From an uncultured Anaerolineaceae bacterium (lineage in GTDB: Bacteria; Chloroflexota; Anaerolineae; Anaerolineales; E44-bin32): 64,000 nucleotides of DNA. The stretch covers positions 2,946 to 66,945 of the forward strand of contig CAZPZD010000002.1 of assembly GCA_964590515.1 (NCBI GenBank), written 5' to 3'. The notes below the pieces were generated by a model. It was not told the origin of the DNA, did not search any database, and saw nothing but the letters and a program-made list of their open reading frames with translations. Position numbers and translations under genes: made by a program. Shown one piece after another: positions 42,146-51,607 of the stretch. Within the stretch, counting starts at the first letter, position 1. Every line of letters starts with the position of its first letter.

Positions 42146-43507
42146 CTACCTCCCAGCGCAGATTGCGCGGCCTTCCGAGATGATCGCCCCCACAATTGGA
42201 TCGGTACGATAGTCCGATTCAAGCTCCAAGAAAACAGCTTCGGCCGCCTCACACTTTCTTTCGAAAGCAAGCAATGACCCAAATGTGTAGTAATACTCAA
42301 GGCTCTCGCCATCCAACTCAAGCCCAGCTACACCTGAGGCTCGCAGGCTCTCTCCTTCCTCCGAGCAGTCCAAGATAGCTAGCGTCTCACACAGCAGTAA
42401 GGCGTGTTGCGCATCGTCGCAGCCATCGACGGCGCAGCTCAGGGTAGCCTCCGAATTCTCGTAGTTCCGGGCCTTGAAGTAGATGACCCCCAGGAACCCT
42501 AACAGTTCGGGGTTGCCGGGGTCAATCAGTACCGCCTGTTCCAGATTGCGAGCCGCGATGAAGAACTCGCCGTCCTGCAGGTAGGTCCGGCCGATTGCCA
42601 GATAGGGGATCGGGTCCTGGATCTTCAGCTGTTGGTTGATGCGCGCCGCCCTCTCGAAAGAACCCAAGGCCTTCTCCATTAGTTGTTGCCGGTCGGCAGG
42701 CGCCGGCGCTTCTCCGGCTAGCTGCCGGTAGTTGGCACCGATTCTTAAGTACAGGAAAGTGAGGTTGGGGGCCAACCTGGCCGCCGCCTCATAGGCCTCG
42801 ATTGCAGCTTCGTAGTAACCAGTGGCCTCCAGCACCGTTCCATAGACCCGCTGAACATCAAGGCTTTGAGGATCGAGCGCCAGTGCCGCTACAACCTTGT
42901 CCAGCGCTTCGGCATAACGCAGTTGGTCGACGGCCAGCTCGGCCTGGTAGGCCAGCACCAATGGGTTGTTCCGATTAAGCAGCAGGGCGCGCGAGAGGGA
43001 GGTTTCCGCAGTAGTGAAGTACTCATCCCGCAGGGGATGGTCCTCCTCCTGAACGCCCGCGTTCCAGTCGTAGACCAGGCCCCGGATCGCCCAGGCCAGG
43101 TCGCTATCACTGTTCACCTCTACCGCCCGATCGGCGGACTCTTTGGCCTGTTCCAGCCGGAGGGTTCGCTCCTGCTCGGTGGGCATCAGCGCGCTCGAAT
43201 AGGTCTGGATCCGGGCCAGCCGAGCCCAAAGCTCGGCATTCTCAGGCTCTTCCCGCACGGCCTGCTGATAGGCCTTGATCGCCTTATCCAAATCCCCGGC
43301 AGAGAAGTGAGCCTCCCCTTCCTCTTGGAAGGAGAAGGCAGTCCGGGTCGGGGTGGCCGTAGGCAAAAAGAGCGGTTTGACCCGCTCCGCTTCGACCAGC
43401 CGGGTCAGCAAGATTCCGCCTGCGATCAGGGCGAGCAGCAGCACGACCCGTATGGGACGCGAGCGGCTCTCGCCGCCGAACGGCATCCGATCACCTTTCA
43501 ATTGCAC
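42146..43507 (-). CDS. Membrane-anchored tetratricopeptide repeat protein
   Basis: 453 aa (GTG 43507; alternative ATG 43486). N-terminal TM, PLFLPTATPTRT linker, then multiple TPR-like units. Confidence 0.8.
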   Translation of the reverse strand: MQLKGDRMPFGGESRSRPIRVVLLLALIAGGILLTRLVEAERVKPLFLPTATPTRTAFSFQEEGEAHFSAGDLDKAIKAYQQAVREEPENAELWARLARIQTYSSALMPTEQERTLRLEQAKESADRAVEVNSDSDLAWAIRGLVYDWNAGVQEEDHPLRDEYFTTAETSLSRALLLNRNNPLVLAYQAELAVDQLRYAEALDKVVAALALDPQSLDVQRVYGTVLEATGYYEAAIEAYEAAARLAPNLTFLYLRIGANYRQLAGEAPAPADRQQLMEKALGSFERAARINQQLKIQDPIPYLAIGRTYLQDGEFFIAARNLEQAVLIDPGNPELLGFLGVIYFKARNYENSEATLSCAVDGCDDAQHALLLCETLAILDCSEEGESLRASGVAGLELDGESLEYYYTFGSLLAFERKCEAAEAVFLELESDYRTDPIVGAIISEGRAICAGR

Positions 43508-43522
43508 GGGCGCACTCCGGTG

Positions 43523-44770
43523 CTACGACTCGGTTTCTGGCGGGGCTTCGATCTGACCGCAAAGGATCAGGATCTCTTGGGCATTTCCGGCGGCGATCTC
43601 GCTGTCAGGCACTCCGATGACCAGGGCTTGCGCGACCTCAATCGCCAGACTGCACTGGGATTGTCTGGCCAGCGCCAGGCCGTACATCGAGTAGAAATCG
43701 ACGACCAGCGGGTCGCCCGGATCCAGCGGAAGCCCTTCCACCGGGATTCCCTGCTCATTGGGACCGCCTTGAATCGCCAGAGTCAGCGAGCGGACCGCAG
43801 CCTCATAGTCGCCATTCTTGTAGTACATCCGACCAAGGTCGCCGTGCAGCCGCGGATTGGTGGGCTGCAGGCTCAAGGCGGTCATGGCGTACTGGCTGGC
43901 CTTGCCGAACTCGCCGTCCCGGGCGTAGGCCTGGGCGATCAGCCGCAGCGGGACGATATCTTGGGGAGCGAGAGTCATGGCCCGCACGTAGCTGTCGATC
44001 GCCAGGCGGGTTTCCTCGCGGGTGAAATACATATTCCCAATCGCGATGTGGATCAGCGCTAGATTCGGGTTGATCCGCAGCGCGCTCTGGTAAGCCTCGA
44101 AGGCCAGCTCGTAGTTGCTGGTCCGCTCCCATACGTACCCGAGCGCTCGTTGGGACTCGAACAGGTTCGGATCCAATTGCACTGCCAGTTCTGCTTGCTC
44201 ACGGGCCAGCTGAAAGGCAGTGACGTCATCGTCGATGATGACCTCCGCGTAATAGGCCCGCACCAGGGCAGAATTCGGATCCAACTCGATGGCCCGCTCC
44301 AGCTTCTCCAGGGCATCCAGAGTGGTCGCGGCCGTGGGGTCGGCCTGCGCCTGGAAGTCCAGCGCCCACCCCAGAACTGCATGGGCCATGGCCGAGTTTG
44401 GATCGAGCAACAAAGCGTTGCTGGCATTCGTCACCGCCTGGTCATACTTCCCCGAGAACACCTGAACTCGGGCCAGCTCGGTATAGTACTGCACCGCTTG
44501 GGGGTCGACCGCAATGGCCTGCAGGTAAGCTGCTTCCGCTTGATCCAGCTTGCCGGCTTGGAAGAGGCTATCGGCTTCCAGGATAAACGAGCCCGGGCTG
44601 CGGGTAGGTATCGTGGTTGGGACGAACAGCGGCGGGGTGCGAGGCACCACCGTACGCTCAAAATACACCACCCCTGCGATGAGAATCACCAGCCAAATCA
44701 CTCGCCAGGGGCTGGTGCGGCGGCGACGGCGGTAGGCACGGGTATTCCACTTACTGCCGCTTAGATACAT
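43523..44770 (-). CDS. Membrane-anchored tetratricopeptide repeat protein (paralogue)
   Basis: 415 aa from ATG 44770 (MYLSGSKWNTRAYRRRRR, TM, PLFVPTTIPTRS, TPRs). The other 329 codons of the 744-aa track ORF are antisense to a plus-strand gene. Confidence 0.8.
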   Translation of the reverse strand: MYLSGSKWNTRAYRRRRRTSPWRVIWLVILIAGVVYFERTVVPRTPPLFVPTTIPTRSPGSFILEADSLFQAGKLDQAEAAYLQAIAVDPQAVQYYTELARVQVFSGKYDQAVTNASNALLLDPNSAMAHAVLGWALDFQAQADPTAATTLDALEKLERAIELDPNSALVRAYYAEVIIDDDVTAFQLAREQAELAVQLDPNLFESQRALGYVWERTSNYELAFEAYQSALRINPNLALIHIAIGNMYFTREETRLAIDSYVRAMTLAPQDIVPLRLIAQAYARDGEFGKASQYAMTALSLQPTNPRLHGDLGRMYYKNGDYEAAVRSLTLAIQGGPNEQGIPVEGLPLDPGDPLVVDFYSMYGLALARQSQCSLAIEVAQALVIGVPDSEIAAGNAQEILILCGQIEAPPETES

Positions 44771-44783
44771 ATGGGGGTATTCG

Positions 44784-44792
44784 ATGTTACCA
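44784..44792 (-). promoter_or_regulatory. Putative extended -10 promoter (TGgTAACAT) for the TPR genes
   Basis: The minus strand reads TGGTAACAT, 13 nt upstream of ATG 44770 (very short leader). Confidence 0.35.
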
Positions 44793-44850
44793 CACCCAGT
44801 TTTTCCACCGAGCAGGATCGGCTCGAAAGGGGGCGAAAGGGGGGCTACGG

Positions 44851-44856
44851 TATAAT
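44851..44856 (+). promoter_or_regulatory. -10 box TATAAT positioned for a leaderless GTG start at 44864
   Basis: TATAAT overlaps the in-frame ATG 44855. GTG 44864 lies 7 nt after the box. Confidence 0.35.
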
Positions 44857-45853
44857 GCCGCCCGTGCTCCCGGCAGGACCCGCCCTCTCCGGCCCGACCG
44901 CACCGAGACGATCCTTCAGGCGGGCCTTGCGGTGGATCGGTCCCTTCACAGTCCTGCTGCTGGCCCTGGCAGCCGCGGTGGGGTACCTGGTCGGCGACGC
45001 CGAGCGGGAGCGGACCCAACGAGCGGAAATTCAGCGCATCATTCAGGAGCAGTACACGCTGGGCCTCCTGGATCTTGACCACGAGAGATTTGAGATCGCC
45101 CGGCAGCGATTTGAATACATCATCCACCTCGATCCGAGTTTCCCCGGTGCAGCCGAGCAGCTGGCTGAAGCCCTGCTTGGCCTGCGCGATCCGCCCCCCA
45201 CCCCGGCGCCCCCGGCTGTCACTCCCACCCCGAATCTGGCTCCGATCGAAGAGATGTTCGGGCAGGCCCAAGCGATGTTTTCCGCCGGGGAATGGACCGC
45301 GACCATCGAGACCCTGCTTGCGTTGAGGGCCAAGGACCCCGTCTACCGATCGGTGGAGGTGGATGGATTGTTGTACGCCGGGCTCCGCAATCGCGGGATT
45401 CACCGCATCTCGCAGGACCATCTCCTGGAGGAGGGGATTTACGATCTGAGTCTGGCGGGAAGTTTTGCCCCACTCGACGAAGAGGCCAGCAACTGGCGCG
45501 GCTGGGCCCAGCTCTATCTGACCGCCAACAGCTACTTCGGACTGAATTGGGAGCAGGCCGCCTTCTATTTCGAACTGGTGTCCACCGTAGCCCCCGGGAT
45601 CCGGGGCGACGTGAGCTGGAAGTACGCGGTTTCGCTTCGCATGTACGGACTGCAGCTGGCAGCGGAGGGGGATCCTTGCCTCGCCGAGGAGCTGATGATG
45701 ATTTCTTTGGAAGTGCTGCCGGACGAATCCATCGCCCCCACCGCGACCGCCGTCCACGACGCCTGCCAGACGGCAACCGCCCCCCCACCGCCTCCCGCGG
45801 CGACGCCAACCCCGCTAGAGACGCCGACCGAGACCTCGACTCCCGAGGGGTAA
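44855..45853 (+). CDS. Membrane-anchored helical-repeat (TPR-like) protein with Pro/Thr-rich linkers
   Basis: 332 aa from ATG 44855 (or 329 aa from GTG 44864). Arg-rich N-terminus, TM (IGPFTVLLLALAAAVGYLV), PPPTPAPPAVTPTP linker, C-terminal PPPPPAATPTPLETPTETSTP. Confidence 0.7.
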   Translation: MPPVLPAGPALSGPTAPRRSFRRALRWIGPFTVLLLALAAAVGYLVGDAERERTQRAEIQRIIQEQYTLGLLDLDHERFEIARQRFEYIIHLDPSFPGAAEQLAEALLGLRDPPPTPAPPAVTPTPNLAPIEEMFGQAQAMFSAGEWTATIETLLALRAKDPVYRSVEVDGLLYAGLRNRGIHRISQDHLLEEGIYDLSLAGSFAPLDEEASNWRGWAQLYLTANSYFGLNWEQAAFYFELVSTVAPGIRGDVSWKYAVSLRMYGLQLAAEGDPCLAEELMMISLEVLPDESIAPTATAVHDACQTATAPPPPPAATPTPLETPTETSTPEG

Positions 45854-45863
45854 GAGAGCACCC

Positions 45864-46352
45864 GTGCCATCCTGGGCCCTCACCCTGGCCTTCTGGCTGC
45901 ACATGGCGGCGACCGTGGTCTGGATCGGAGGCCTCTTCTTCCAGTCGTTCGTCCTGCCACCGGCGCTGCGCCGGCTGCCAGACCGCGGCCGGGTCTTGGA
46001 AGACCTTCGCCGTCGCTTTCAGCCGCTGGCCTGGCTCAGTCTGGCGGTGCTGATCGGCACCGGTCTGACTCAAATGGCGGCCAATCCGAACTACACCGGG
46101 GTCCTCTCTTTTGAGAATGCCTGGTCGCGAGCGATCTTGGCCAAACATCTGGCGATTGGGCTAATGGTCACGGTTGGGGTCTACCAGACCTGGGTCGTCC
46201 AGCCGGCGCTGGTTCGGATGGCCATCCTCGAAGCCAGAACGCCTCAGGCCGACCATGGGCCGCTGCTCCGCCGACAGGATCGTTTGTCGCGGCTGAACCT
46301 GGCCCTTGGGATCGCCGTGCTGGCCTTCACCGCGATTGCCCGCACGGTCTGA
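45864..46352 (+). CDS. Four-TM membrane protein, CopD/DUF2269-like
   Basis: 162 aa. WLHMAATVVWIGGLFF motif. GTG start 10 nt after the upstream stop. Functional assignment is weak. Confidence 0.6.
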   Translation: MPSWALTLAFWLHMAATVVWIGGLFFQSFVLPPALRRLPDRGRVLEDLRRRFQPLAWLSLAVLIGTGLTQMAANPNYTGVLSFENAWSRAILAKHLAIGLMVTVGVYQTWVVQPALVRMAILEARTPQADHGPLLRRQDRLSRLNLALGIAVLAFTAIARTV

Positions 46353-46376
46353 TCTGGAGCCGTCCTGCCCTCCGCA

Positions 46377-46895
46377 ATGGGCATGCAACTTGCATCGAGC
46401 CCAGGCAGGAATTCGGAGGCAGCGATGGTCTTACACTTTTCACTCTGGTCTGGGATCGTCGGCTTGTACCTGGCGATCGCTGGGGCGCTCGGAGCCATCA
46501 TTCGGCAGGCAATCGCCAAGGGCAAGCCCCGCTGGGATCGGCTCTTGGCCGCCGCATACACGCTTTTGCTCTTCGCGGCAGCCTCGGTATTCGTCCTGAC
46601 CGTCACCAATTGGCCGGCTTGGTCGAGGCTAGCCCTGCTTGCCGCCGCGATGTTCGCGGCGGGGGTGGCCGCGGCTCGCCCGATCTGGGTCCCCGCCCCT
46701 TTCTGGCGGCCAAGCTTCGGCCATCGTTATTTGGCCGGGGTAATGGCGCTAGCAGCTCTCTGGGGGATAACCCAGGCAATGGCTGGATCGCCAACCGCTC
46801 CGCTGATGATCGCAGTCTCTGCGCTGGCCGCTTCGGCGGCGTCTTCCGGGACCTCGCTGAGGATTCCAGGCTTCGAGCGATCGAAATCCAACTAA
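46377..46895 (+). CDS. Hypothetical multi-TM membrane protein
   Basis: 172 aa (alternative starts 46383 and 46425). About five Ala/Leu-rich hydrophobic segments. No family recognised. Confidence 0.5.
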   Translation: MGMQLASSPGRNSEAAMVLHFSLWSGIVGLYLAIAGALGAIIRQAIAKGKPRWDRLLAAAYTLLLFAAASVFVLTVTNWPAWSRLALLAAAMFAAGVAAARPIWVPAPFWRPSFGHRYLAGVMALAALWGITQAMAGSPTAPLMIAVSALAASAASSGTSLRIPGFERSKSN

Positions 46896-47009
46896 CCAAA
46901 CCCGAGCCGACGTCTGGACTGTGACCGCATAGCTTGCCGGGAGCTCGGCCCCCACCCGAGTGAGGTACAATGACCGGCCCGATTCTCCCCACCCAGTCCT
47001 GGATCACGC

Positions 47010-47930
47010 GTGTTCGAGCTTCTATTCCTCGGAACCTCTGCCTCCGCTCCATCCGTTCACCGCGGCCTTAGCGCGCAGATCGTAAGTTTTCGAGATTACC
47101 GCTTCCTGGTCGATTGTGGCGAAGGCACCCAACGGCAGATTCTGCGGGCCGGGGTGGGTTTTCGGCGGCTCAATCGGATATTGATTACCCACGGCCACCT
47201 CGATCATATTCTCGGGCTGGCCGGTCTGCTCTCCACCTTTGCCCGCTGGGAGGCCGTGGATGAATTGCAAATCTGGGCGAGTCCCTGGGCGCTGGAGCGG
47301 ATTCACGACCTGCTCTTTGGGGTAGTGCTGCGCGGGGCCAAACCCCCACTCAAGATTGACCTGCTCCCGATCGAAGCCGGTAACCTTATCGAGGACGAGG
47401 ACTTTCGTTTGGAGGCATTCCCGGTCGAGCACCGCGGCCCGGGCTGCTTTGGTTTCGTGTTCGAGCAGGCCTCCCACCGACCCTTCCTACCCGAGAAGGC
47501 TTCCCAACTCGGGGTCCCGGAGGGACCGGCCCGGCGCGAACTGGTAAGAGGCCAAAGCGTCACCCTATCCGACGGTCGACGGGTCGAGCCCGAGCAGGTC
47601 CTGGGGCCGCCCCGCCGCGGCACTCGGCTCGTGCATATTGGCGACGCAGCCTCTACCGAAGGATTGCTTGAAGCCTGCCGGGATGCCGATGGGTTGGTGA
47701 TTGAAGCGACCTACCTTGAGGCCCAGCACGATCTGGCTCACGAATTCGGCCATCTGACCGCCCGGCAAGCAGCCGAGTTGGCCAGTACAGCCGGGGTCGG
47801 GTCGTTGTATCTCACCCACATCTCTCGCCGCTACCGCGAAAAAGAGGTGCTGGAAGAAGCCCAGCCCATCTTCCCCAATGTTTCAGTGGTGCGCGACTTC
47901 GACCGGTTTCAAATCAAGCGAGCGGACTGA
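47010..47930 (+). CDS. rnz: Ribonuclease Z
   Basis: 306 aa. FLGTSASAPS, ITHGHLDHILGL (HxHxDH) and C-terminal LYLTHIS. GTG start. Confidence 0.9.
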   Translation: MFELLFLGTSASAPSVHRGLSAQIVSFRDYRFLVDCGEGTQRQILRAGVGFRRLNRILITHGHLDHILGLAGLLSTFARWEAVDELQIWASPWALERIHDLLFGVVLRGAKPPLKIDLLPIEAGNLIEDEDFRLEAFPVEHRGPGCFGFVFEQASHRPFLPEKASQLGVPEGPARRELVRGQSVTLSDGRRVEPEQVLGPPRRGTRLVHIGDAASTEGLLEACRDADGLVIEATYLEAQHDLAHEFGHLTARQAAELASTAGVGSLYLTHISRRYREKEVLEEAQPIFPNVSVVRDFDRFQIKRAD

Positions 47931-47984
47931 GCCCGACCCTCACCGTTGGCCGAGCGGAGGCCCGCCGGCTTCTGCAGATGGCAT

Positions 47985-48013
47985 TTGACCGATCCAGGCC
48001 AGCTGGGTAGAAT
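47985..48013 (+). promoter_or_regulatory. Near-consensus sigma70 promoter TTGACC-N17-TAGAAT
   Basis: Read directly. The -10 ends 19 nt before ATG 48033. Confidence 0.6.
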
Positions 48014-48032
48014 CGCAAGGTAGAGCTGAACG

Positions 48033-48257
48033 ATGCCAATCTACGAATACGTCTGCCTCGACTGCAATACCGTATTCGACGCACTACGCCCAATGGCCAA
48101 GGCGGATGCGCCAATCGTGTGCGAGGACTGTGAAAGCGAGCACACCTCGCGGATGTTATCGGTCTTTTTTTCTCATTCGGAGGGCCGGAGCTTCCCCGCC
48201 AGCAATGGTGCCGGCTGCGCCTGCGGCGGCGCCTGCTCCTGCGCGAGTCTCAACTAA
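48033..48257 (+). CDS. FmdB-family zinc-ribbon protein
   Basis: 74 aa. MPIYEYVCLDCNTVFD...CEDCES (two CxxC pairs) and a Gly/Cys/Ala tail. Confidence 0.85.
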   Translation: MPIYEYVCLDCNTVFDALRPMAKADAPIVCEDCESEHTSRMLSVFFSHSEGRSFPASNGAGCACGGACSCASLN

Positions 48258-48278
48258 TCAGCAATCCGTCGAATTGAA

Positions 48279-48310
48279 AAGAGCGCCGGCAGTCGGTTGC
48301 CGGCGCTCTT
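48279..48310. terminator. Bidirectional terminator between the convergent fmdB-like and acyP genes
   Basis: Perfect 12-bp stem AAGAGCGCCGGC/GCCGGCGCTCTT with an 8-nt loop. The minus-strand tail TTTTCAATT is U-rich. Confidence 0.75.
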
Positions 48311-48329
48311 GATTCTGCGGACGAAATAC

Positions 48330-48632
48330 TCAGGCCGGCTCACCCAGGTTTGCGGTCGGGCGCACCTGAAACGCTTCCAGCGTCCCGGATGGGGTCTGCC
48401 ACTCAACCTGGACCGCTTCGACCCTGGCTGCAGGCGGGCCCAATTTGCACCAGGCCAACACTCGTTCGAGCGATTGCTGCTCGCCTTCGAAGACCGCTTC
48501 TACACTGCCGTCTCGCAAGTTCCGCACCCAGCCCTTCAACCCCAACTTGAGCGCCTCGTGGTAGGTGTAGTACCGGAAACTAACCCCTTGCACTTGGCCG
48601 GTGATCACCGCGTGGACCTGGCTGGTTTGCAT
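48330..48632 (-). CDS. acyP: Acylphosphatase
   Basis: 100 aa. VITGQVQGVSFRYYT and GWVRNLRDGSVE motifs. 32 nt downstream of nuoN. Confidence 0.9.
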   Translation of the reverse strand: MQTSQVHAVITGQVQGVSFRYYTYHEALKLGLKGWVRNLRDGSVEAVFEGEQQSLERVLAWCKLGPPAARVEAVQVEWQTPSGTLEAFQVRPTANLGEPA

Positions 48633-48664
48633 CTCTTTCTCTTACCTGGAGCTGCTGGGGGCGG

Positions 48665-50101
48665 TCAGCGAAGTACTCCCAATATCCCCGAGTTCTCGGC
48701 CAGGGCCAATACCGGTCCTGGGAGGATCCCGAATACGAAGGTCGCCAGCGCGGCCACTCCAATCGTAGCATTCAGCCAGCCTTCGGACCGAGTCTCCGGA
48801 TCGCCTGAGCGCATGTACATCACAACCACCACTCGCAGGTAGTAGTAGGCGGAGACCACGGAGGTGAGAACCCCAACCACGGCCAGACCAATCTGCCCGG
48901 CATCCAGCGCCGCCCGGAAGATGAAGAATTTTCCGACAAACCCGACCGTCGGAGGCAGGCCGGTGAGTGACAGCATGAACAGCCCCATCGCCAACGCCAA
49001 ACCAGGGCGGCGTCGAGACAATCCGGCGTAATCGTCGATTCGTAGGCCGCCGCCTTCGATTCGCTCGACCGCCAACACCACCCCCCAGGCCCCCAGATTC
49101 GAGAATAGATAGGCGAACAGGTAGAACAACGCCGCGCTCACCGCACCTGGCGCCACGGCCGCGACGCTGGCGGCCGGCAGGGCCATCAAGATGTAGCCGG
49201 CGTGGGCGATGCTTGAGTAGGCCAGCATCCGCTTGATGTTGCCCTGGACGATCGCGGCGACATTCCCCCAGGTCATGGTGAGGGCCGCCAGTGCGATCGT
49301 CAGGGGAGCCCAGGTGGCCGCCAGATCAGGCAGGGCCGCGATGAAGACCCGCAGCAGCGCCGCGAAGCCACCGGCTTTGGCTCCCACTGACATGAAGGCT
49401 ACGACCGCCGACGGGGCACCTTGATAGACATCGGGGGTCCACATGTGAAAGGGCACCGCCGCCACCTTAAAGCCGAGCCCCACCAGAACCAATACCGCCC
49501 CCACCAGCAGCAGGCCGGCTCCACCGCTAAGTTCTGCGGCTACCCCCGCCAGGTTCGTAGTCCCGGTCGCCCCGAATATTAGCGCGATCCCGTATACCAA
49601 GAAGCCCGAGGCAAAGGCCCCGAGCAGGAAATACTTCATGGCCGCCTCTTCGGACTCGGGTTTGGGTCGGGCGAACCCGGTCAGCACGTAGAGCGGCAGA
49701 GAAAGCAGCTCCAGTGCGACAAACACCACGATCAGGTCTCCCGCCAGACTCATGAGCATCATTCCGCTGACCGTGAAAAGCAGCAGCGGATAATACTCTC
49801 CCCGCTCAATTCCCATTCGGTGTAAATAGTCGTGCGCCACCGCGATCCCTAGCACTCCCGTCAGCAAGAACAGGGCCTGGAGGAAACTGGCATACGTATC
49901 CGCGACGATCATCCCGCCGAAGACGACCTGACTGCTTCCATGTCGGACGATGATGACGATCAGCGCAAGCAGAAGCCCCGCCGCAGCAAGCAGGGCGGTG
50001 GTCCCTTTTCGGTCGAGGAACAAGTCCACAACCAACAGCGCGATCGCCCAGAACGAAACGATCAGGAACGGAGAGATTTGGGCTAGATCGGGAAGACTCA
50101 T
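48665..50101 (-). CDS. nuoN: NADH-quinone oxidoreductase subunit N
   Basis: 478 aa from ATG 50101 (ATGA overlap with the nuoM stop). Multi-TM antiporter-like subunit, last in the nuo order. Confidence 0.9.
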   Translation of the reverse strand: MSLPDLAQISPFLIVSFWAIALLVVDLFLDRKGTTALLAAAGLLLALIVIIVRHGSSQVVFGGMIVADTYASFLQALFLLTGVLGIAVAHDYLHRMGIERGEYYPLLLFTVSGMMLMSLAGDLIVVFVALELLSLPLYVLTGFARPKPESEEAAMKYFLLGAFASGFLVYGIALIFGATGTTNLAGVAAELSGGAGLLLVGAVLVLVGLGFKVAAVPFHMWTPDVYQGAPSAVVAFMSVGAKAGGFAALLRVFIAALPDLAATWAPLTIALAALTMTWGNVAAIVQGNIKRMLAYSSIAHAGYILMALPAASVAAVAPGAVSAALFYLFAYLFSNLGAWGVVLAVERIEGGGLRIDDYAGLSRRRPGLALAMGLFMLSLTGLPPTVGFVGKFFIFRAALDAGQIGLAVVGVLTSVVSAYYYLRVVVVMYMRSGDPETRSEGWLNATIGVAALATFVFGILPGPVLALAENSGILGVLR

Positions 50102-51600
50102 CGCATCGCGATCGCGGCAGTGTTGACCAGGGCAATCACTTTTCCGACCGAGGGGGCCATCAGATCGAAGAAGGGCCGCGGGTAGAGGCCGATCCAAAAG
50201 ATCAGGGCAAGTATCGGAGCGAGGGTGAGGATCTCGCGGGCGCTGAGGTCGGACAGTCCCTGATTCTCCGCTTTGTCCAGCGGTCCGAGGAACAGCTTCT
50301 GGAACATGGTCAGCAGATAGATTGCGGCCAGGATCACCCCGATCGCGGCCAGACCAGCGAACCAGGCCGAACCGATCGCCGGGGAGCCAAACGACCCAAG
50401 CAAGATGGTGAATTCCCCCACAAACCCGTTCAGGCCCGGCAGGCCCATTGAGGAGAGAGTGACGACCAGGGTAATCGCGGTATAGACCGGCATCACCTTC
50501 CAGATCCCGCCGAAGGCGTCCAGCTCACGGGTATGGCGCCGCTCGTAAAGCATTCCGACCAGTAAGAACAGGGCCCCGGTGCTCAATCCATGGTTAACCA
50601 TTTGTAGAATCGCCCCCTGGATGCCTTGGGGGTTCAGGGCAAACAAGCCAAGCATGACGAATCCCAAGTGGCTGACCGAAGAGTAGGCCACCAGCTTCTT
50701 CACGTCCCGTTGGGCATAGGAGACGATCGCGCCATAAAGAATCCCGATGACTGCCAATAGGGCAATCCAGGGGGCCAGCCGCAGCGAAGCTTGCGGGAAC
50801 AACGACAGGTTGAACCGCAAGAAGCCATAGGTCCCCAATTTCAGCAGCACTCCCGCCAGAATCACCGAGCCGGCGGTGGGGGCCTCCACGTGGGCGTCGG
50901 GCAGCCAGGAATGCAGCGGCCACATCGGCACTTTGATTGCGAAGGCCGCGCCGAAGGCCAGGAACAGCCACAGTTGAATCGCTTCTGGTATGGCACCGGT
51001 TGCGATCAGCTCCGGGACCGAGAAGGTGTTGGCCCGCAGCCCCAGCCACACGATCGCCAACAGCATCAGGATCGACCCGGCCATGGTGTACAGGAAGAAC
51101 TTGATCGCCGCGTACATCCGCCGTTCGCCGCCCCAGATTCCGATCAGGAAATACATCGGCACGAGGGTAAATTCCCAGAAGACGTAGAACAGGAACAAGT
51201 CCATCGCCAGGAACACCCCGAGCATGCCGGTTTCCAGCAGCAGGAAGAAGACCATGAACTCCTTGACCCGCTCCTGGATGGCGCTCCAGGTTGATAAGAT
51301 CGAAATCGGCGTGAGGAAGGTGGTCAACAGGATGAGCAGCAGGCTGAGGCCATCCACCCCAAGGTGATATTCGATCGTCCATCCAGAGACTCGGATCCAC
51401 GGGAGCCTGATCACCATTTGAAGCTCCGGATCGGACCGATCGAAACCGGCCAGCAGGACGAGCGACAACAGAAATGTGATCAGCGCAACCGCCAGGGCCG
51501 TCCCGCGGATCCAGGAATCGCGGTTCTTGGGGAACGCCAGCAGCAGCAGCGCTCCGATCGTGGGGAAGAAGGTCAGCAGGCTAAGTATCGAGGATTCCAT
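50098..51600 (-). CDS. nuoM: NADH-quinone oxidoreductase subunit M
   Basis: 500 aa. Antiporter-like, with WLPDAHVEAPTAGSVILAG motif. Confidence 0.92.
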   Translation of the reverse strand: MESSILSLLTFFPTIGALLLLAFPKNRDSWIRGTALAVALITFLLSLVLLAGFDRSDPELQMVIRLPWIRVSGWTIEYHLGVDGLSLLLILLTTFLTPISILSTWSAIQERVKEFMVFFLLLETGMLGVFLAMDLFLFYVFWEFTLVPMYFLIGIWGGERRMYAAIKFFLYTMAGSILMLLAIVWLGLRANTFSVPELIATGAIPEAIQLWLFLAFGAAFAIKVPMWPLHSWLPDAHVEAPTAGSVILAGVLLKLGTYGFLRFNLSLFPQASLRLAPWIALLAVIGILYGAIVSYAQRDVKKLVAYSSVSHLGFVMLGLFALNPQGIQGAILQMVNHGLSTGALFLLVGMLYERRHTRELDAFGGIWKVMPVYTAITLVVTLSSMGLPGLNGFVGEFTILLGSFGSPAIGSAWFAGLAAIGVILAAIYLLTMFQKLFLGPLDKAENQGLSDLSAREILTLAPILALIFWIGLYPRPFFDLMAPSVGKVIALVNTAAIAMR

Positions 51601-51607
51601 GTATTCC

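Noticed and set aside
44771-45757. Upstream 329 codons of the 744-aa minus-strand TPR ORF, and the back-to-back CATATG start arrangement at 44768-44773.
   Set aside because: That part is antisense to a plus-strand gene with TM and linker features, and has Arg/Gly-rich composition. The TPR paralogue architecture (Arg-rich tail, TM, PLFVPT linker) begins at ATG 44770. The plus-strand ATG 44771 lies upstream of the likely promoter, so it is probably unused.
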